NCBI GenBank assembly: GCA_946409515.1
Contig: CAMJWS010000001.1
Location: 318,824-382,823 of the forward strand
Length of the DNA: 64,000 bases
Reading direction: 5' to 3'
Origin: an uncultured Bacillales bacterium
GTDB taxonomy: Bacteria; Bacillota_I; Bacilli_A; RFN20; CAG-826
Below are positions 20,163 through 28,877 of the stretch, in pieces (within the stretch, counting starts at the first letter, position 1; each line of letters opens with the position of its first letter). The position numbers were made by a program, and so were the translations under genes. The notes under the pieces were generated by a model. That model did no database searches. It worked only from the letters and a program-made list of their open reading frames with translations, and was not told where the DNA came from.

Positions 20163-21203
20163 TTAGAAGCATCTCTTTGTTTTAGCTCTATAACAAGCCT
20201 CTGGATCTTTACTCTTTTCACAGTGGTAACATAATTCATTATTAATAAATGCACCAGAGAAGTATTCATCTAAGTTTTTCACTGTGGTTTCAGCGATATT
20301 ACTTAACGCTTCATTAGTGAGATAGGCTTGATGGGATGTAATAATGACATTAGGTAATTGTAAAAGAAGTGATAAGGTATCATCATTAACAATCTTTAAG
20401 GAATTATCTTTATAGAAGAGATTAGCTTCTTCTTCATAGACGTCTAAGCCCACTCCTCCGATTTGTTTTTCTTTAAGGCCTTCCAGTAAGGCTTTAGAAT
20501 CAATTAAGCCACCACGTGATGTATTTATAATGACTACGCCCTTCTTCATTTGCTTGATGGCTTTTCCATCTATCATATGTCTATTTTCATTAGTTAATGG
20601 GCAGTGTAGTGAAATAATATCACTTCTAACGTACATTTCTTCTAAAGAGACATATTCATAGCCACTATCTTTGATTGGGTATGGGTCATAACATATAACT
20701 TTCATCCCAAATCCTTTAGCGATGTCGATAAACACTCTACCGATTTTACCAGTGCCTACAACACCGATGGTCTTTTCATGTAAATCAAAACCACTTAAAC
20801 CTTCTAAGTTAAAGTTAAAGTCTCTAGATCTAATATAGGCTTTATGAATGTGTCTATTAAGGGATAGTAACAATGCGAAAGCATGTTCTGCGATAGCGTA
20901 AGGAGAATAAGCAGGTACTCTAGCGACATGAATCTTATTTTTATAAGCACTTGCTAAATCAACATTGTTATAGCCAGCGCATCTAAGAAAGACACCATGT
21001 ATACCATATTCATTAAGTTTAGTGAGTACTTCATCATTGAGTTCATCATTAACAAAACACATCACTGCGTCAAAGTCTTTCGCCAAGGCGACAGTGTGAT
21101 TAGATAATCGATCTTTATAGTAAGTGAATTGATATTTATCTAAATAAGGTTTGAATGATGCCTCATCATATTTTTTCGCGTCGAATACAGCAATTTTTTT
21201 CAT
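20163..21203 (-). CDS. ldhA: D-isomer-specific 2-hydroxyacid dehydrogenase (D-lactate dehydrogenase-like)
   Basis: GVVGTGKIGRVFIDIAKGFGMKVICYDPY NAD-binding motif; 346 aa. Confidence 0.85.
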   Translation of the reverse strand: MKKIAVFDAKKYDEASFKPYLDKYQFTYYKDRLSNHTVALAKDFDAVMCFVNDELNDEVLTKLNEYGIHGVFLRCAGYNNVDLASAYKNKIHVARVPAYSPYAIAEHAFALLLSLNRHIHKAYIRSRDFNFNLEGLSGFDLHEKTIGVVGTGKIGRVFIDIAKGFGMKVICYDPYPIKDSGYEYVSLEEMYVRSDIISLHCPLTNENRHMIDGKAIKQMKKGVVIINTSRGGLIDSKALLEGLKEKQIGGVGLDVYEEEANLFYKDNSLKIVNDDTLSLLLQLPNVIITSHQAYLTNEALSNIAETTVKNLDEYFSGAFINNELCYHCEKSKDPEACYRAKTKRCF

Positions 21204-21323
21204 ATTATTTATCCCCCTATTAACATCATAGAGTAAACGGAAAATTTATTCACATGATATGCCTTAGAACTTTTAGGCCTTATATAAATATAAGATTTAA
21301 AAAAATATTTAACGAAATTGCTT

Positions 21324-21352
21324 GACACATTTAAAAATAAGACTATTATTAT
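21324..21352 (+). promoter_or_regulatory. Candidate sigma-A promoter (TTGACA -35 with a downstream A/T-rich -10) for the small plus-strand gene
   Basis: A perfect TTGACA hexamer at 21324-21329 is followed by ATTATT/TATGTA-like hexamers about 17 nt downstream. Confidence 0.3.
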
Positions 21353-21422
21353 GTATTCAAATGCGGAATACCGCGTCCTAAGCAAGACGATAAAAGGCTA
21401 TAGAAAAGAGGTATTCTAGTAG

Positions 21423-21647
21423 ATGAACAAAAAGTATTTATTAGAAGCGGTCGTAGAAGGAAGATTCATCAAATTCAATAAAGAATTCAAGAGTAGAAAT
21501 TCCGCGATTGATTACATCTTCAAGTATTACAATAGACACATGCTTGATCTCAGAGTTAACGAAGAATACTACGTTAACGAAAACAAACACGATATCGCGT
21601 ATATCTCTGATTACGACAATCGCTTCAGAATTAGCAGAGCATACTAA
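21423..21647 (+). CDS. Small hypothetical protein (74 aa)
   Basis: ORF with AAGAGG-like RBS about 10 nt upstream and a strong terminator downstream; no recognisable domain. Confidence 0.4.
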   Translation: MNKKYLLEAVVEGRFIKFNKEFKSRNSAIDYIFKYYNRHMLDLRVNEEYYVNENKHDIAYISDYDNRFRISRAY

Positions 21648-21668
21648 TTCTCTTCAATCTAAAATAAT

Positions 21669-21700
21669 GGCCTACCCTATTGATGAGTAGGCCTTTTATT
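21669..21700. terminator. Bidirectional intrinsic terminator between convergent genes
   Basis: GGCCTACCCTATTGATGAGTAGGCC hairpin followed by TTTTATT, with an A-run before it serving the opposite strand. Confidence 0.7.
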
Positions 21701-21708
21701 ATATTTAT

Positions 21709-22488
21709 TTATCCAAGAGCGATATCTAATACCATCATGAGCACAAAGCCCACCGCTAAACCGATGGTCGCTAAGTTAGAATGTTTACCTTCATTAGCTT
21801 CTGGAATAAGTTCTTCCACGACAACGTAAATCATGACACCTGCGGCAAAGGCAAGTACAAATGGTAATATAACGGACACTAAATATGTAATTAAGATAGC
21901 AACGCCTGCGGCTAATGGTTCAACCGCACCACTAATAAAGCCATAAAAGAATGCTTTTCCTTTAGATACACCTTCTTCTTTTAAAGGCATAGATACAATT
22001 GCCCCTTCTGGGAAGTTTTGAATAGCCATACCTATAGCTAAGGCTAAAACAGCTTGTTCGTTCACTTGGCCCGCTAAAGCGGAAGCAATAACAACACCAA
22101 CCGCTAAACCTTCAGGAACGTTATGAAGAGTAACGGCTAATAACATCTTAAATGTTTTAGAATATTTATCTTTCTTAAGGCCTTCTTCTTCCTTATTGAT
22201 GTGCATATGAGGCACTAAATAGTCAAGAAGAAGCATGAAGCCAACGCCTAATAAGAAACCTACTCCTGGAAATACATATGCTTTCCAATCACCTTCGTTG
22301 TACAAATCAATCGCGGGTTGCATAAGTGACCAAATAGAAGCGGCAATCATCACGCCACTAGCGAAGCCTAATAATATCTTTTGTAGTCTTGGATTGATTT
22401 CTTTCTTTAAGAAGAAAACCATCGCACTACCTAAGGTTGTGCCCACTAATGGAATAATTAAGCTAATAATAAGAATAATTGGTCTCAT
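21709..22488 (-). CDS. zupT: ZIP-family zinc/metal transporter
   Basis: 259 aa with 8 TM; HNVPEGLAVG and HxxxE motifs typical of ZupT. Confidence 0.85.
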   Translation of the reverse strand: MRPIILIISLIIPLVGTTLGSAMVFFLKKEINPRLQKILLGFASGVMIAASIWSLMQPAIDLYNEGDWKAYVFPGVGFLLGVGFMLLLDYLVPHMHINKEEEGLKKDKYSKTFKMLLAVTLHNVPEGLAVGVVIASALAGQVNEQAVLALAIGMAIQNFPEGAIVSMPLKEEGVSKGKAFFYGFISGAVEPLAAGVAILITYLVSVILPFVLAFAAGVMIYVVVEELIPEANEGKHSNLATIGLAVGFVLMMVLDIALG

Positions 22489-22530
22489 ATACCGGTATGT
22501 ATTCTATATGCATATAGAAATTAAAGCAAC

Positions 22531-23358
22531 CTATATATTATCTATTCGTTTATTCTTATCGAATATCTCTGGATATGGATTCTCTTTAGGATCAACATCA
22601 GAGAGCAAACATACTGCATGGTGCACTCTTTTTGTTAAGTCTATTCTTTGCTCACCTTCACTTAAGGCTTCATCTTTATATAATGGTTCCCCTATTTTTA
22701 AAGTAATCGCGACTTCTTGACCAAAGATATGTCTTCTAATCCAAGAAGGCTTTCTAAAAGAGAAACCAATCGGTAAAACTGGTTTATTAAGGCGACACGC
22801 TAATGAAAAAGCCCCTGTATGGAATGGTCTTATATATGGATAGCATTCCCACATACTACCTTCAGCGTATACTTGTAACCATCCGCCTTCTTTTAAATAT
22901 TGTTCTATTGCTTTATTAGAGGCGACTTTACCACCTAAATTATCATCAGGAATTGGTACACCACCCACTAATCTTGCTAAAGCACCATTTTCTCCCCTAA
23001 TATTAGCGGCCCAGACTAAGACTCTTGTTTCTCTTGGTCTAAGAGCTTTCATAATAGCGATATAGTCCCACATATGGACATGGTTAGAGATGGTAATAGC
23101 CCCATTCCTTAGTTCATCTTTATATTTTTTAAGGTTTTTACGTCCCTTAATTCTTAGTCCCATATAGATTGGACAAAGAGGAAAAACGATTAAGTAAAGT
23201 AGTACACGTACCCACCATCTTTTAAATCTAAAACCTTTAGAGTTATCAATATAGGGGTAATGTTCATCAAAAACTAAGCCATTATTCTTTTTAACAACTA
23301 AATAATGCTGATCAGTATATTCTGGATAGTTATATTTTGTGGAATGTGGATTATACAT
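22531..23358 (-). CDS. Lysophospholipid acyltransferase-family protein (PlsC-like)
   Basis: NHVHMWD (HX4D) acyltransferase motif plus a downstream EGS motif. Confidence 0.65.
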   Translation of the reverse strand: MYNPHSTKYNYPEYTDQHYLVVKKNNGLVFDEHYPYIDNSKGFRFKRWWVRVLLYLIVFPLCPIYMGLRIKGRKNLKKYKDELRNGAITISNHVHMWDYIAIMKALRPRETRVLVWAANIRGENGALARLVGGVPIPDDNLGGKVASNKAIEQYLKEGGWLQVYAEGSMWECYPYIRPFHTGAFSLACRLNKPVLPIGFSFRKPSWIRRHIFGQEVAITLKIGEPLYKDEALSEGEQRIDLTKRVHHAVCLLSDVDPKENPYPEIFDKNKRIDNI

Positions 23359-23380
23359 TAACTAGATTTTAACATAAAAA

Positions 23381-23414
23381 GAAAGAAGCGGACAATTTCC
23401 GCTTCCTTCTTTTG
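23381..23414. terminator. Hairpin terminator (usable on either strand) at the 5'/3' edge of the GC-rich RNA-like block
   Basis: GAAGCGGACAATTTCCGCTTC hairpin followed by CTTCTTTTG on plus, or by UUUCUUUUUAUG on minus. Confidence 0.5.
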
Positions 23415-23545
23415 AACCGTTGTACCTATTACTAGATACCCAAGTTAAGCTCTTTTGACTGGTGGTGCTTCTTGTTAAAATGCGTTTTGAACTGAGTAGC
23501 GCATTAATGGCCAGCTTCTCTAAGATATTCTCTTTAGAGCTTTCA

Positions 23546-23700
23546 TCCTCTTCGTCATGTCCGGTGCCGGGTTTATTCTGCCAAGCTTTAACGCAGATGC
23601 CGGTGACTATTGCTAGTCAGGTGGGATCGTACCGATAACCACTATTTCTAATGGTTCTTTGCTAGTGCAACCAGTTAACGACGGTTCTTTAATCCTTCGA
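23546..23700. repeat. Repeat module 3 of the GC-rich RNA-like block
   Basis: Shares the CCTCTTYGTCWTGTCCGG leader, the hairpin at 23561-23607 (loop CCAAGCTTTAACG) and the trailing CTTTAATCC motif with modules at 23867 and 24166. Confidence 0.5.
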
Positions 23701-23866
23701 GGTTCCCGAATCAGTTACGGGAAGTGGTTGACTGATCTAGTCTTAAGTTCTTTAGGCCTTTTCTTTGTAAGATTTCCATCTGGGTTCTCTTACTATCATC
23801 TCACGTTAGGTTGAGTAATGAGATTTAGGCTTTGCGGTTAGGTTTTCTCTAACTCGCTTTGTTTTT

Positions 23867-24008
23867 CCCTCTTTGTCTTGTGTCCGGCGGTGGTTTTACG
23901 CTGTTAAACTCTAACTCAGCGACCACTGTAGCAGTGAGGTTTGCCGTTTGAATTTCCCGAAGGATTTCCAGCCTTTGCGATCATTGACTGGGAACTTTAA
24001 TCCCAGAG
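23867..24008. repeat. Repeat module 2 of the GC-rich RNA-like block
   Basis: Hairpin at 23884-23928: stem CGCUG/CAGCG plus GGUGG/CCACU, loop UUAAACUCUAACU. Followed by CTTTAATCC at 23996. Confidence 0.5.
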
Positions 24009-24165
24009 CCTTACTATCAACGTCGTTTTAGTGGTGATCGTCTTACTTTTAAGGCTAAGTTTTCGCCCATTCGCTATCTGTGCCATTGCTGACCAGTTAG
24101 TTTATTTCAGGTTTTGAGTTGCTTTAGCCTGAATGTGGGGTGTTGATGGGTAATTGACCTTCATC

Positions 24166-24310
24166 ATCCTCTTTGATCTTGTCGGGCGGTGGGTTTATGC
24201 TGTCAAACTCTAATTCAGCATCCACTGTAGCAGGGAGGATTTGCCCTTGATTGATTACGAGAACCAATCTGCCAGTACAATCATTGATCCAGACCTTTTC
24301 TTTAATCCTG
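24166..24310. repeat. Repeat module 1 of the GC-rich RNA-like block
   Basis: Hairpin at 24183-24227: stem UGCUG/CAGCA (compensatory relative to module 2), loop UCAAACUCUAAUU. Followed by CTTTAATCC at 24298. Confidence 0.5.
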
Positions 24311-24439
24311 GAAACGCTTTAGCAACTTAGATACCTGCGTTGACTGTTTTACCTGGTCTTAAGATATATAAGAATCTATCAATTCTTATTATCTTACTCA
24401 CTCGGTTTCCCGGGTGGGTTATTATAGTATGCACTTATT

Positions 24440-24615
24440 TAATTTTTATTGCAACACTTTTTTTAAAATTTTTTTAATTATTTTTTATGAAAATCATTTT
24501 TTCTTGATTTTATCTAACTTTTTTATTTGAATAAATTTTTAATATTTTTAAATAATTGTTATTTTTATAATCTTTTTTATCTGTTTTTATCAATATTTAT
24601 TTAATTATTTATATT
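24440..24615. promoter_or_regulatory. Extremely AT-rich region (over 85% AT) with T-tracts phased at about 10 bp: intrinsically curved DNA; possible UP-element or promoter region
   Basis: Runs of TTTTT/AAAAA recur at helical-repeat spacing. A TATAAT hexamer on the minus strand at 24421-24426 faces the GC-rich block. Confidence 0.3.
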
Positions 24616-24619
24616 TTTA

Positions 24620-24652
24620 TATGAGCGAGTGTGGGCGTGAGTGTGGGCGCGC
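24620..24652. repeat. GC island with direct repeat GAGTGTGGGCG x2 inside the AT-rich region
   Basis: GAGCGAGTGTGGGCGTGAGTGTGGGCGCGCAC is a conspicuous GC-rich tandem 11-mer flanked by AT-rich DNA. Confidence 0.4.
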
Positions 24653-24671
24653 ACTTTCTTTTTATATATTT

Positions 24672-24708
24672 AGAAAAAAAATGAAAAGGCCACGGATGTA
24701 GCCTTTTC
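24672..24708 (-). terminator. Intrinsic terminator, minus-strand orientation (downstream of the two-component operon)
   Basis: Minus strand: AAGGCUACAUCCGUGGCCUU hairpin followed by UUCAUUUUUUUU. Confidence 0.6.
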
Positions 24709-25099
24709 GAGAGAGAAAGGAAAGCGCTTTTAATTTAATTGCATAGCTTTCAGTGCGCTTGAGACTAAATAGCTATGAATATTTTAAGTGCCGTTAATAG
24801 CCGGTATTTGGTAATCCTGGTTCATTGTTGTCGGAGTCTAAGCCAAATCACCACCAGCAAGGACGCTTAATAATCTTAGTAAGCCTGGATAATCTAGAAA
24901 TAATGCCACCTAAAAGAGTGCGCATATTGATAAGAGTGTTCTTCTCAGTATTCTTAGCAATGTCCCCTCTTTTTAAAGCAATACTATTTCTTCCCCCAGA
25001 AATAGGCAAAAATGGAAATACTAAAAATCCATTTATGTCTTTGCTTACTTAAAGAATATGAAGGCAAACTTAAATGAACTTTAAATTTTTAAATATTTT

Positions 25100-26419
25100 T
25101 TAAAGTATAATCGTGAAAAAAATCTTATTTTCTTTGATGGATACAGATATTTTTCCCTTATGTAGTTCCACTATTTCCTTAGCGATACTTAGACCGATAC
25201 CCGAACCTTCTTTAGTAACAGAGTTTGGACTACGATAGAATCTTTCAAATAATAGGTTTGTGTCAATTTCGTTATCTTCTATATCGTTAGAAAATACAAT
25301 TTCATTCTTGCGATTAGAATTCTTTTTAACTATTAAGTTAACTTCGCCATTATTCTTAGTGTATTTTAAGGCATTATCAAAGAAGATGTAGAACAGCTCA
25401 TTGATGAGATATATATTTCCTCTCATATTAACTCCATCAGTGATATCACTACTAAATATTAATCCCTTGTTTTTAAAAGTTGGAGCAAACGAATCCACAC
25501 TTTCCATAGCAAGCTTGGAAATTGAGAATTCCGTGAATGGATAGTTATTAGCGTTACCTTCATCTAGTCTAGAGAGAGTCACTAATTGTTTTGTCATAGC
25601 GTTTAAACGCATTATTTGATCATGAATAGATTCGGTCCACTCACTTTTACCATTGTCCATTTCCACGAGTTCTAAGTCAGTAGAAATAATAGTTAATGGT
25701 GTCTTTAATTCATGTGATGCATTAGTAATAAATGCCTTTTGTTTTCTATATGATTCTTCACTAGTTCTAAAGACAAGCTTACTAGATAAAATGATTAAAA
25801 CAGCAAGGACGGTATAGCTTATTGCCGCGATTATTAAAGAAGACATAAAGAAGTTATTCCAGGCGTGCGTTCTTTCTGAAGTATCTAAGAAAACAACATA
25901 TGAATTATTTAATTCTCTTTCTTCTAATATTGGTTGATTAGCTTCTGCATCCCAACTCACAAAGGCTTGAACAGTCTCTTCAATATAAGCAACTTTAAAA
26001 CGCAATTTACCTATCACACCATCGGTTTTACCACTTGCCAATATTTCTGTCGCCATTGCTTCACGTGATTCATTATCAATATCACCTTGTGCGATATGGT
26101 CGTAGTCGGACCACGTAACAACACCATCAGTGTCAAAAACCGTGGCAAAGAATTGTTCATTAATGTCTTCTCTTCTTGGATTAAAAAAGCCACCTGGTCC
26201 TGGTTGGACTGGTTCTCCATTTTCATCTGTAGGAAAAACACCATTTGCGAATAAAACATTTTGGTGTGAATACTCGATAACATCGTACAACGTCTGTGCT
26301 GTTTCACCACTGATTTTCAGATGGTTAGAAACATTAATCGCAGCAATAGTTGAGGCCAAAACAAAAAGAATCGACACTAAAGCCGCAAGAATAAAACGTA
26401 ATCTTAGTTTTCTAATCAT
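25100..26419 (-). CDS. Two-component sensor histidine kinase
   Basis: Two TM segments flanking an extracytoplasmic domain, HisKA H-box (NASHELKTPLT) and a HATPase_c C-terminus (GSGIGLSIAKEIVELH). Confidence 0.85.
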   Translation of the reverse strand: MIRKLRLRFILAALVSILFVLASTIAAINVSNHLKISGETAQTLYDVIEYSHQNVLFANGVFPTDENGEPVQPGPGGFFNPRREDINEQFFATVFDTDGVVTWSDYDHIAQGDIDNESREAMATEILASGKTDGVIGKLRFKVAYIEETVQAFVSWDAEANQPILEERELNNSYVVFLDTSERTHAWNNFFMSSLIIAAISYTVLAVLIILSSKLVFRTSEESYRKQKAFITNASHELKTPLTIISTDLELVEMDNGKSEWTESIHDQIMRLNAMTKQLVTLSRLDEGNANNYPFTEFSISKLAMESVDSFAPTFKNKGLIFSSDITDGVNMRGNIYLINELFYIFFDNALKYTKNNGEVNLIVKKNSNRKNEIVFSNDIEDNEIDTNLLFERFYRSPNSVTKEGSGIGLSIAKEIVELHKGKISVSIKENKIFFTIIL

Positions 26420-27092
26420 TCTTATACTCCAAGTAATAGCCTTGGTAACGAATTGACTTAATCTTTACTTTAGAATTAATACTTTCTAATTTCTTTCTTA
26501 GATAGGATATAAATACCCACACATTCTCGCTCGTGCTATAGGATTCAATATCCCAAACGCTTTTACTAATGGTGTCTTGGGATACAACATTACCATTTGC
26601 TTTGATGAGCAAAGTGATAATTTGTAATTCTTTGTTCATAAGAACAACTTTATTCTCACCATTGATTAGGCAGCAGTTTTTATTATCTAAAGTTAAATCA
26701 CCAAACTCGAGTTTGTTTTCTTCTTCATATGATGGTTGACGACGAAGTAATGCTCTAATACGGGCTAATAGTTCTTCCACCACGAATGGTTTTGGTAAAT
26801 AGTCATCGGCGCCTAAATCTAAACCATGGATTTTGTCTTCAGTTGTCGATTTAGCGGTCAACATAATGATTGGTGTGTCGATTTTGTTGTCTCTCACTCT
26901 TTTTAAAACATCTAAGCCATTAATCTTAGGAAGCATAATATCAAGAATGATGATGTCATATTTATATTGACCAATGTATAAAAGAGCTTCTTCACCATCA
27001 AAAGCACTGTCGACAATATAGGAGTTGCGTTTTAAAACAGTGGTTAAAGCCTTATTTAGTTGAACGGAGTCTTCTACTAATAGTAATTTCAT
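26412..27092 (-). CDS. OmpR/PhoB-family response regulator
   Basis: Receiver domain (LLVEDS...DIIILDIMLP...LTAKS) plus a winged-helix C-terminus; 8-nt overlap with the kinase gene. Confidence 0.9.
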   Translation of the reverse strand: MKLLLVEDSVQLNKALTTVLKRNSYIVDSAFDGEEALLYIGQYKYDIIILDIMLPKINGLDVLKRVRDNKIDTPIIMLTAKSTTEDKIHGLDLGADDYLPKPFVVEELLARIRALLRRQPSYEEENKLEFGDLTLDNKNCCLINGENKVVLMNKELQIITLLIKANGNVVSQDTISKSVWDIESYSTSENVWVFISYLRKKLESINSKVKIKSIRYQGYYLEYKND

Positions 27093-27191
27093 TGCTTAAA
27101 AAGTATCTTTTTTACTTTAAATAAAACTTAAACGATTTTTTGTGTATTAGCAATAATTATTAATAATTATCAACATTTAAGGTTCGCTAAA

Positions 27192-28787
27192 TTAGAACAA
27201 AGCGGAGATGATCTTGAGTACTGAACAGATACTCTTCTTAATACCTCTAAATTTATAGTCTTGTGGGACTTTTTCGCTGAGTTCAATCATATGTTCAAAA
27301 TCTTTAGTGATATCGTCCATACATGGGCATTTATAGAGGATTGCGCCACATTCAAAGTGATGCACAAGGCTTCTAAAATCAAAGTTAATCGTGCCCACGA
27401 ATCCTAACTCATTATCTGCGATTGCGGTCTTCATATGATTAAAGCCTGGTCTATATAAATAGATATTAACACCAGCATCTAATAGATATCTAAAGTTAGA
27501 TTTAGCCATCCAATACACAACTGGTTTATCAGGCATACCAGGAACAATAAGATTAACTTCTACGCCTCTAAGAGCGGCGCTTCTTAAAGCATCTAATAAG
27601 CTATAAGTAGGTACTAAATATGGCGTAGAGATATAAACCTTCTTTTGAGCGTAATTAAGAATATTGATATATGTTTGTTCGCCTAAAAGCGCACTGACAT
27701 AATCACCTGGACCATCGCCAAATGGCATCACATAGCCACTATCTTCGAATTCTGGATAATCATAGTTCATCCATTTGTTATAGTCAGAAATATGGCCCAC
27801 AACTAAGTTAAGGTTTTGTAAGAAAACAGCAATAAGGTTATTGATCGCACTACCTTCAATCTTAATCATGGTATCTTTCCAATAACCAAATCTATTGATC
27901 TTATTCGCATATTCATCCGCCAAGTTCATACCACCAGTAAAAGCCATTTGATGGTCAATAACCACAATCTTTCTATGGTCACGGTTGTTATAAACACCAG
28001 AAAGGATTGGTCTAAATGGATGGAACTTATAACATTTAATACCATATTTACCTAAGATCTTTGGTGTTCTAGCACTGATAGTGCCACCACAACCCATATC
28101 ATCATAGATGATACGTACTTCAACACCTTCGCTAGCTTTTTGAATTAATACCTGTTGTACTTCATCCCATATTTCACCATCGCTGATGATAAAGAATTCC
28201 ATAAAGATAAATTCTTTAGCGAGCTTTAATGATTCTATTAATTCAGGGAAGAATTCTTCACCAGTCGCATAGTATTTCACTCTGTTATTAGGGTGAATAC
28301 CTAACTTAGTGATGTTATTGATATATCTAAAAGCATTAACAGCAGTGCCTAATTCTTCACGATATTCTTTCTTGGCTTTTTCATCTAGTTGGAAGTGTTT
28401 GTTATATTCTTCTGTTGTGGTTTTAATGATTCTCTTATCACGTTTATTTAGACCATGGTTACCAAAGATTAAGAAAATAATGGAAGTGAATAGTGGTAAA
28501 AGAAGCATACCCACTATCCAAGGAATCTTGAATTCAGGATCTTCATGTTTATTAACGATTCTAAAGAAGATTAAAACAGCGATAACAAATATTGCCACAC
28601 GAAGTGGAATATAAACTAATCCAACGATATTTCTAACCGTTTCACTAGCGACATTAGGATCATTGATCACTAGGACAACAACATCCTCAAGGAAGAATTG
28701 GATAAATACGAAAGCACCTAATTCTATTAATAGAATTAATATGATTAGAAAGTATCCTGAGAATAGGTTTCTAAAAAACTTTTTCAT
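27192..28787 (-). CDS. cls: Cardiolipin synthase (phospholipase D family, two HKD motifs)
   Basis: HRKIVVIDHQMAFTGGMN and HMKTAIADNELGFVGTINFD HKD motifs, with N-terminal TM helices. Start set at MKKFFRN (28787), preceded by GGAGG. Confidence 0.85.
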   Translation of the reverse strand: MKKFFRNLFSGYFLIILILLIELGAFVFIQFFLEDVVVLVINDPNVASETVRNIVGLVYIPLRVAIFVIAVLIFFRIVNKHEDPEFKIPWIVGMLLLPLFTSIIFLIFGNHGLNKRDKRIIKTTTEEYNKHFQLDEKAKKEYREELGTAVNAFRYINNITKLGIHPNNRVKYYATGEEFFPELIESLKLAKEFIFMEFFIISDGEIWDEVQQVLIQKASEGVEVRIIYDDMGCGGTISARTPKILGKYGIKCYKFHPFRPILSGVYNNRDHRKIVVIDHQMAFTGGMNLADEYANKINRFGYWKDTMIKIEGSAINNLIAVFLQNLNLVVGHISDYNKWMNYDYPEFEDSGYVMPFGDGPGDYVSALLGEQTYINILNYAQKKVYISTPYLVPTYSLLDALRSAALRGVEVNLIVPGMPDKPVVYWMAKSNFRYLLDAGVNIYLYRPGFNHMKTAIADNELGFVGTINFDFRSLVHHFECGAILYKCPCMDDITKDFEHMIELSEKVPQDYKFRGIKKSICSVLKIISALF

Positions 28788-28877
28788 AGTTTCTCCCCTC
28801 GATTTATCGTATGTATATGTTAGCACATTTTGTGCTATTTTTTGATATTTTATATTGCTTTATACATATAAAGGTCT

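Larger units (their letters stand above)
23406..24420. ncRNA. Candidate large structured ncRNA (or three tandem paralogous ncRNA genes), class unrecognised; strand unresolved
   Basis: About 1 kb with no ORF of at least 60 aa in any frame, and markedly GC-enriched relative to flanks. Contains three diverged repeat modules of about 300 nt, each with a hairpin bearing a conserved 13-nt loop (yyAAaCUcUAAyn) and compensatory base changes in the stems. Confidence 0.45.

Noticed and set aside
23406-24420. Possibility that the GC-rich block is RNase P RNA, tmRNA, SRP RNA, a group II intron or a decayed protein gene
   Set aside because: The universally conserved RNase P strings (AGGAAAGUCC, ACAGAA) and the SRP domain IV motif are absent. 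There is no tmRNA tag ORF or 3' CCA acceptor context. No group II domain V (GAGC...GUUC) or intron-encoded protein is present. The three-fold repeat with stem covariation argues against a protein pseudogene. It is kept as a finding of unknown class rather than assigned.
24440-24708. AT-rich phased region as a chromosomal origin (oriC)
   Set aside because: There are no clustered DnaA boxes (only a single degenerate TGTGGATTA inside the neighbouring CDS at about 23340) and no dnaA/dnaN nearby.
24825-25052. 75-aa plus-strand ORF in the gap between the AT-rich region and the histidine kinase gene
   Set aside because: It has no RBS, an unusual composition and a low-complexity hydrophobic product. 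It lies in what is more likely the 3' UTR/terminator region of the minus-strand two-component operon, and is probably spurious.
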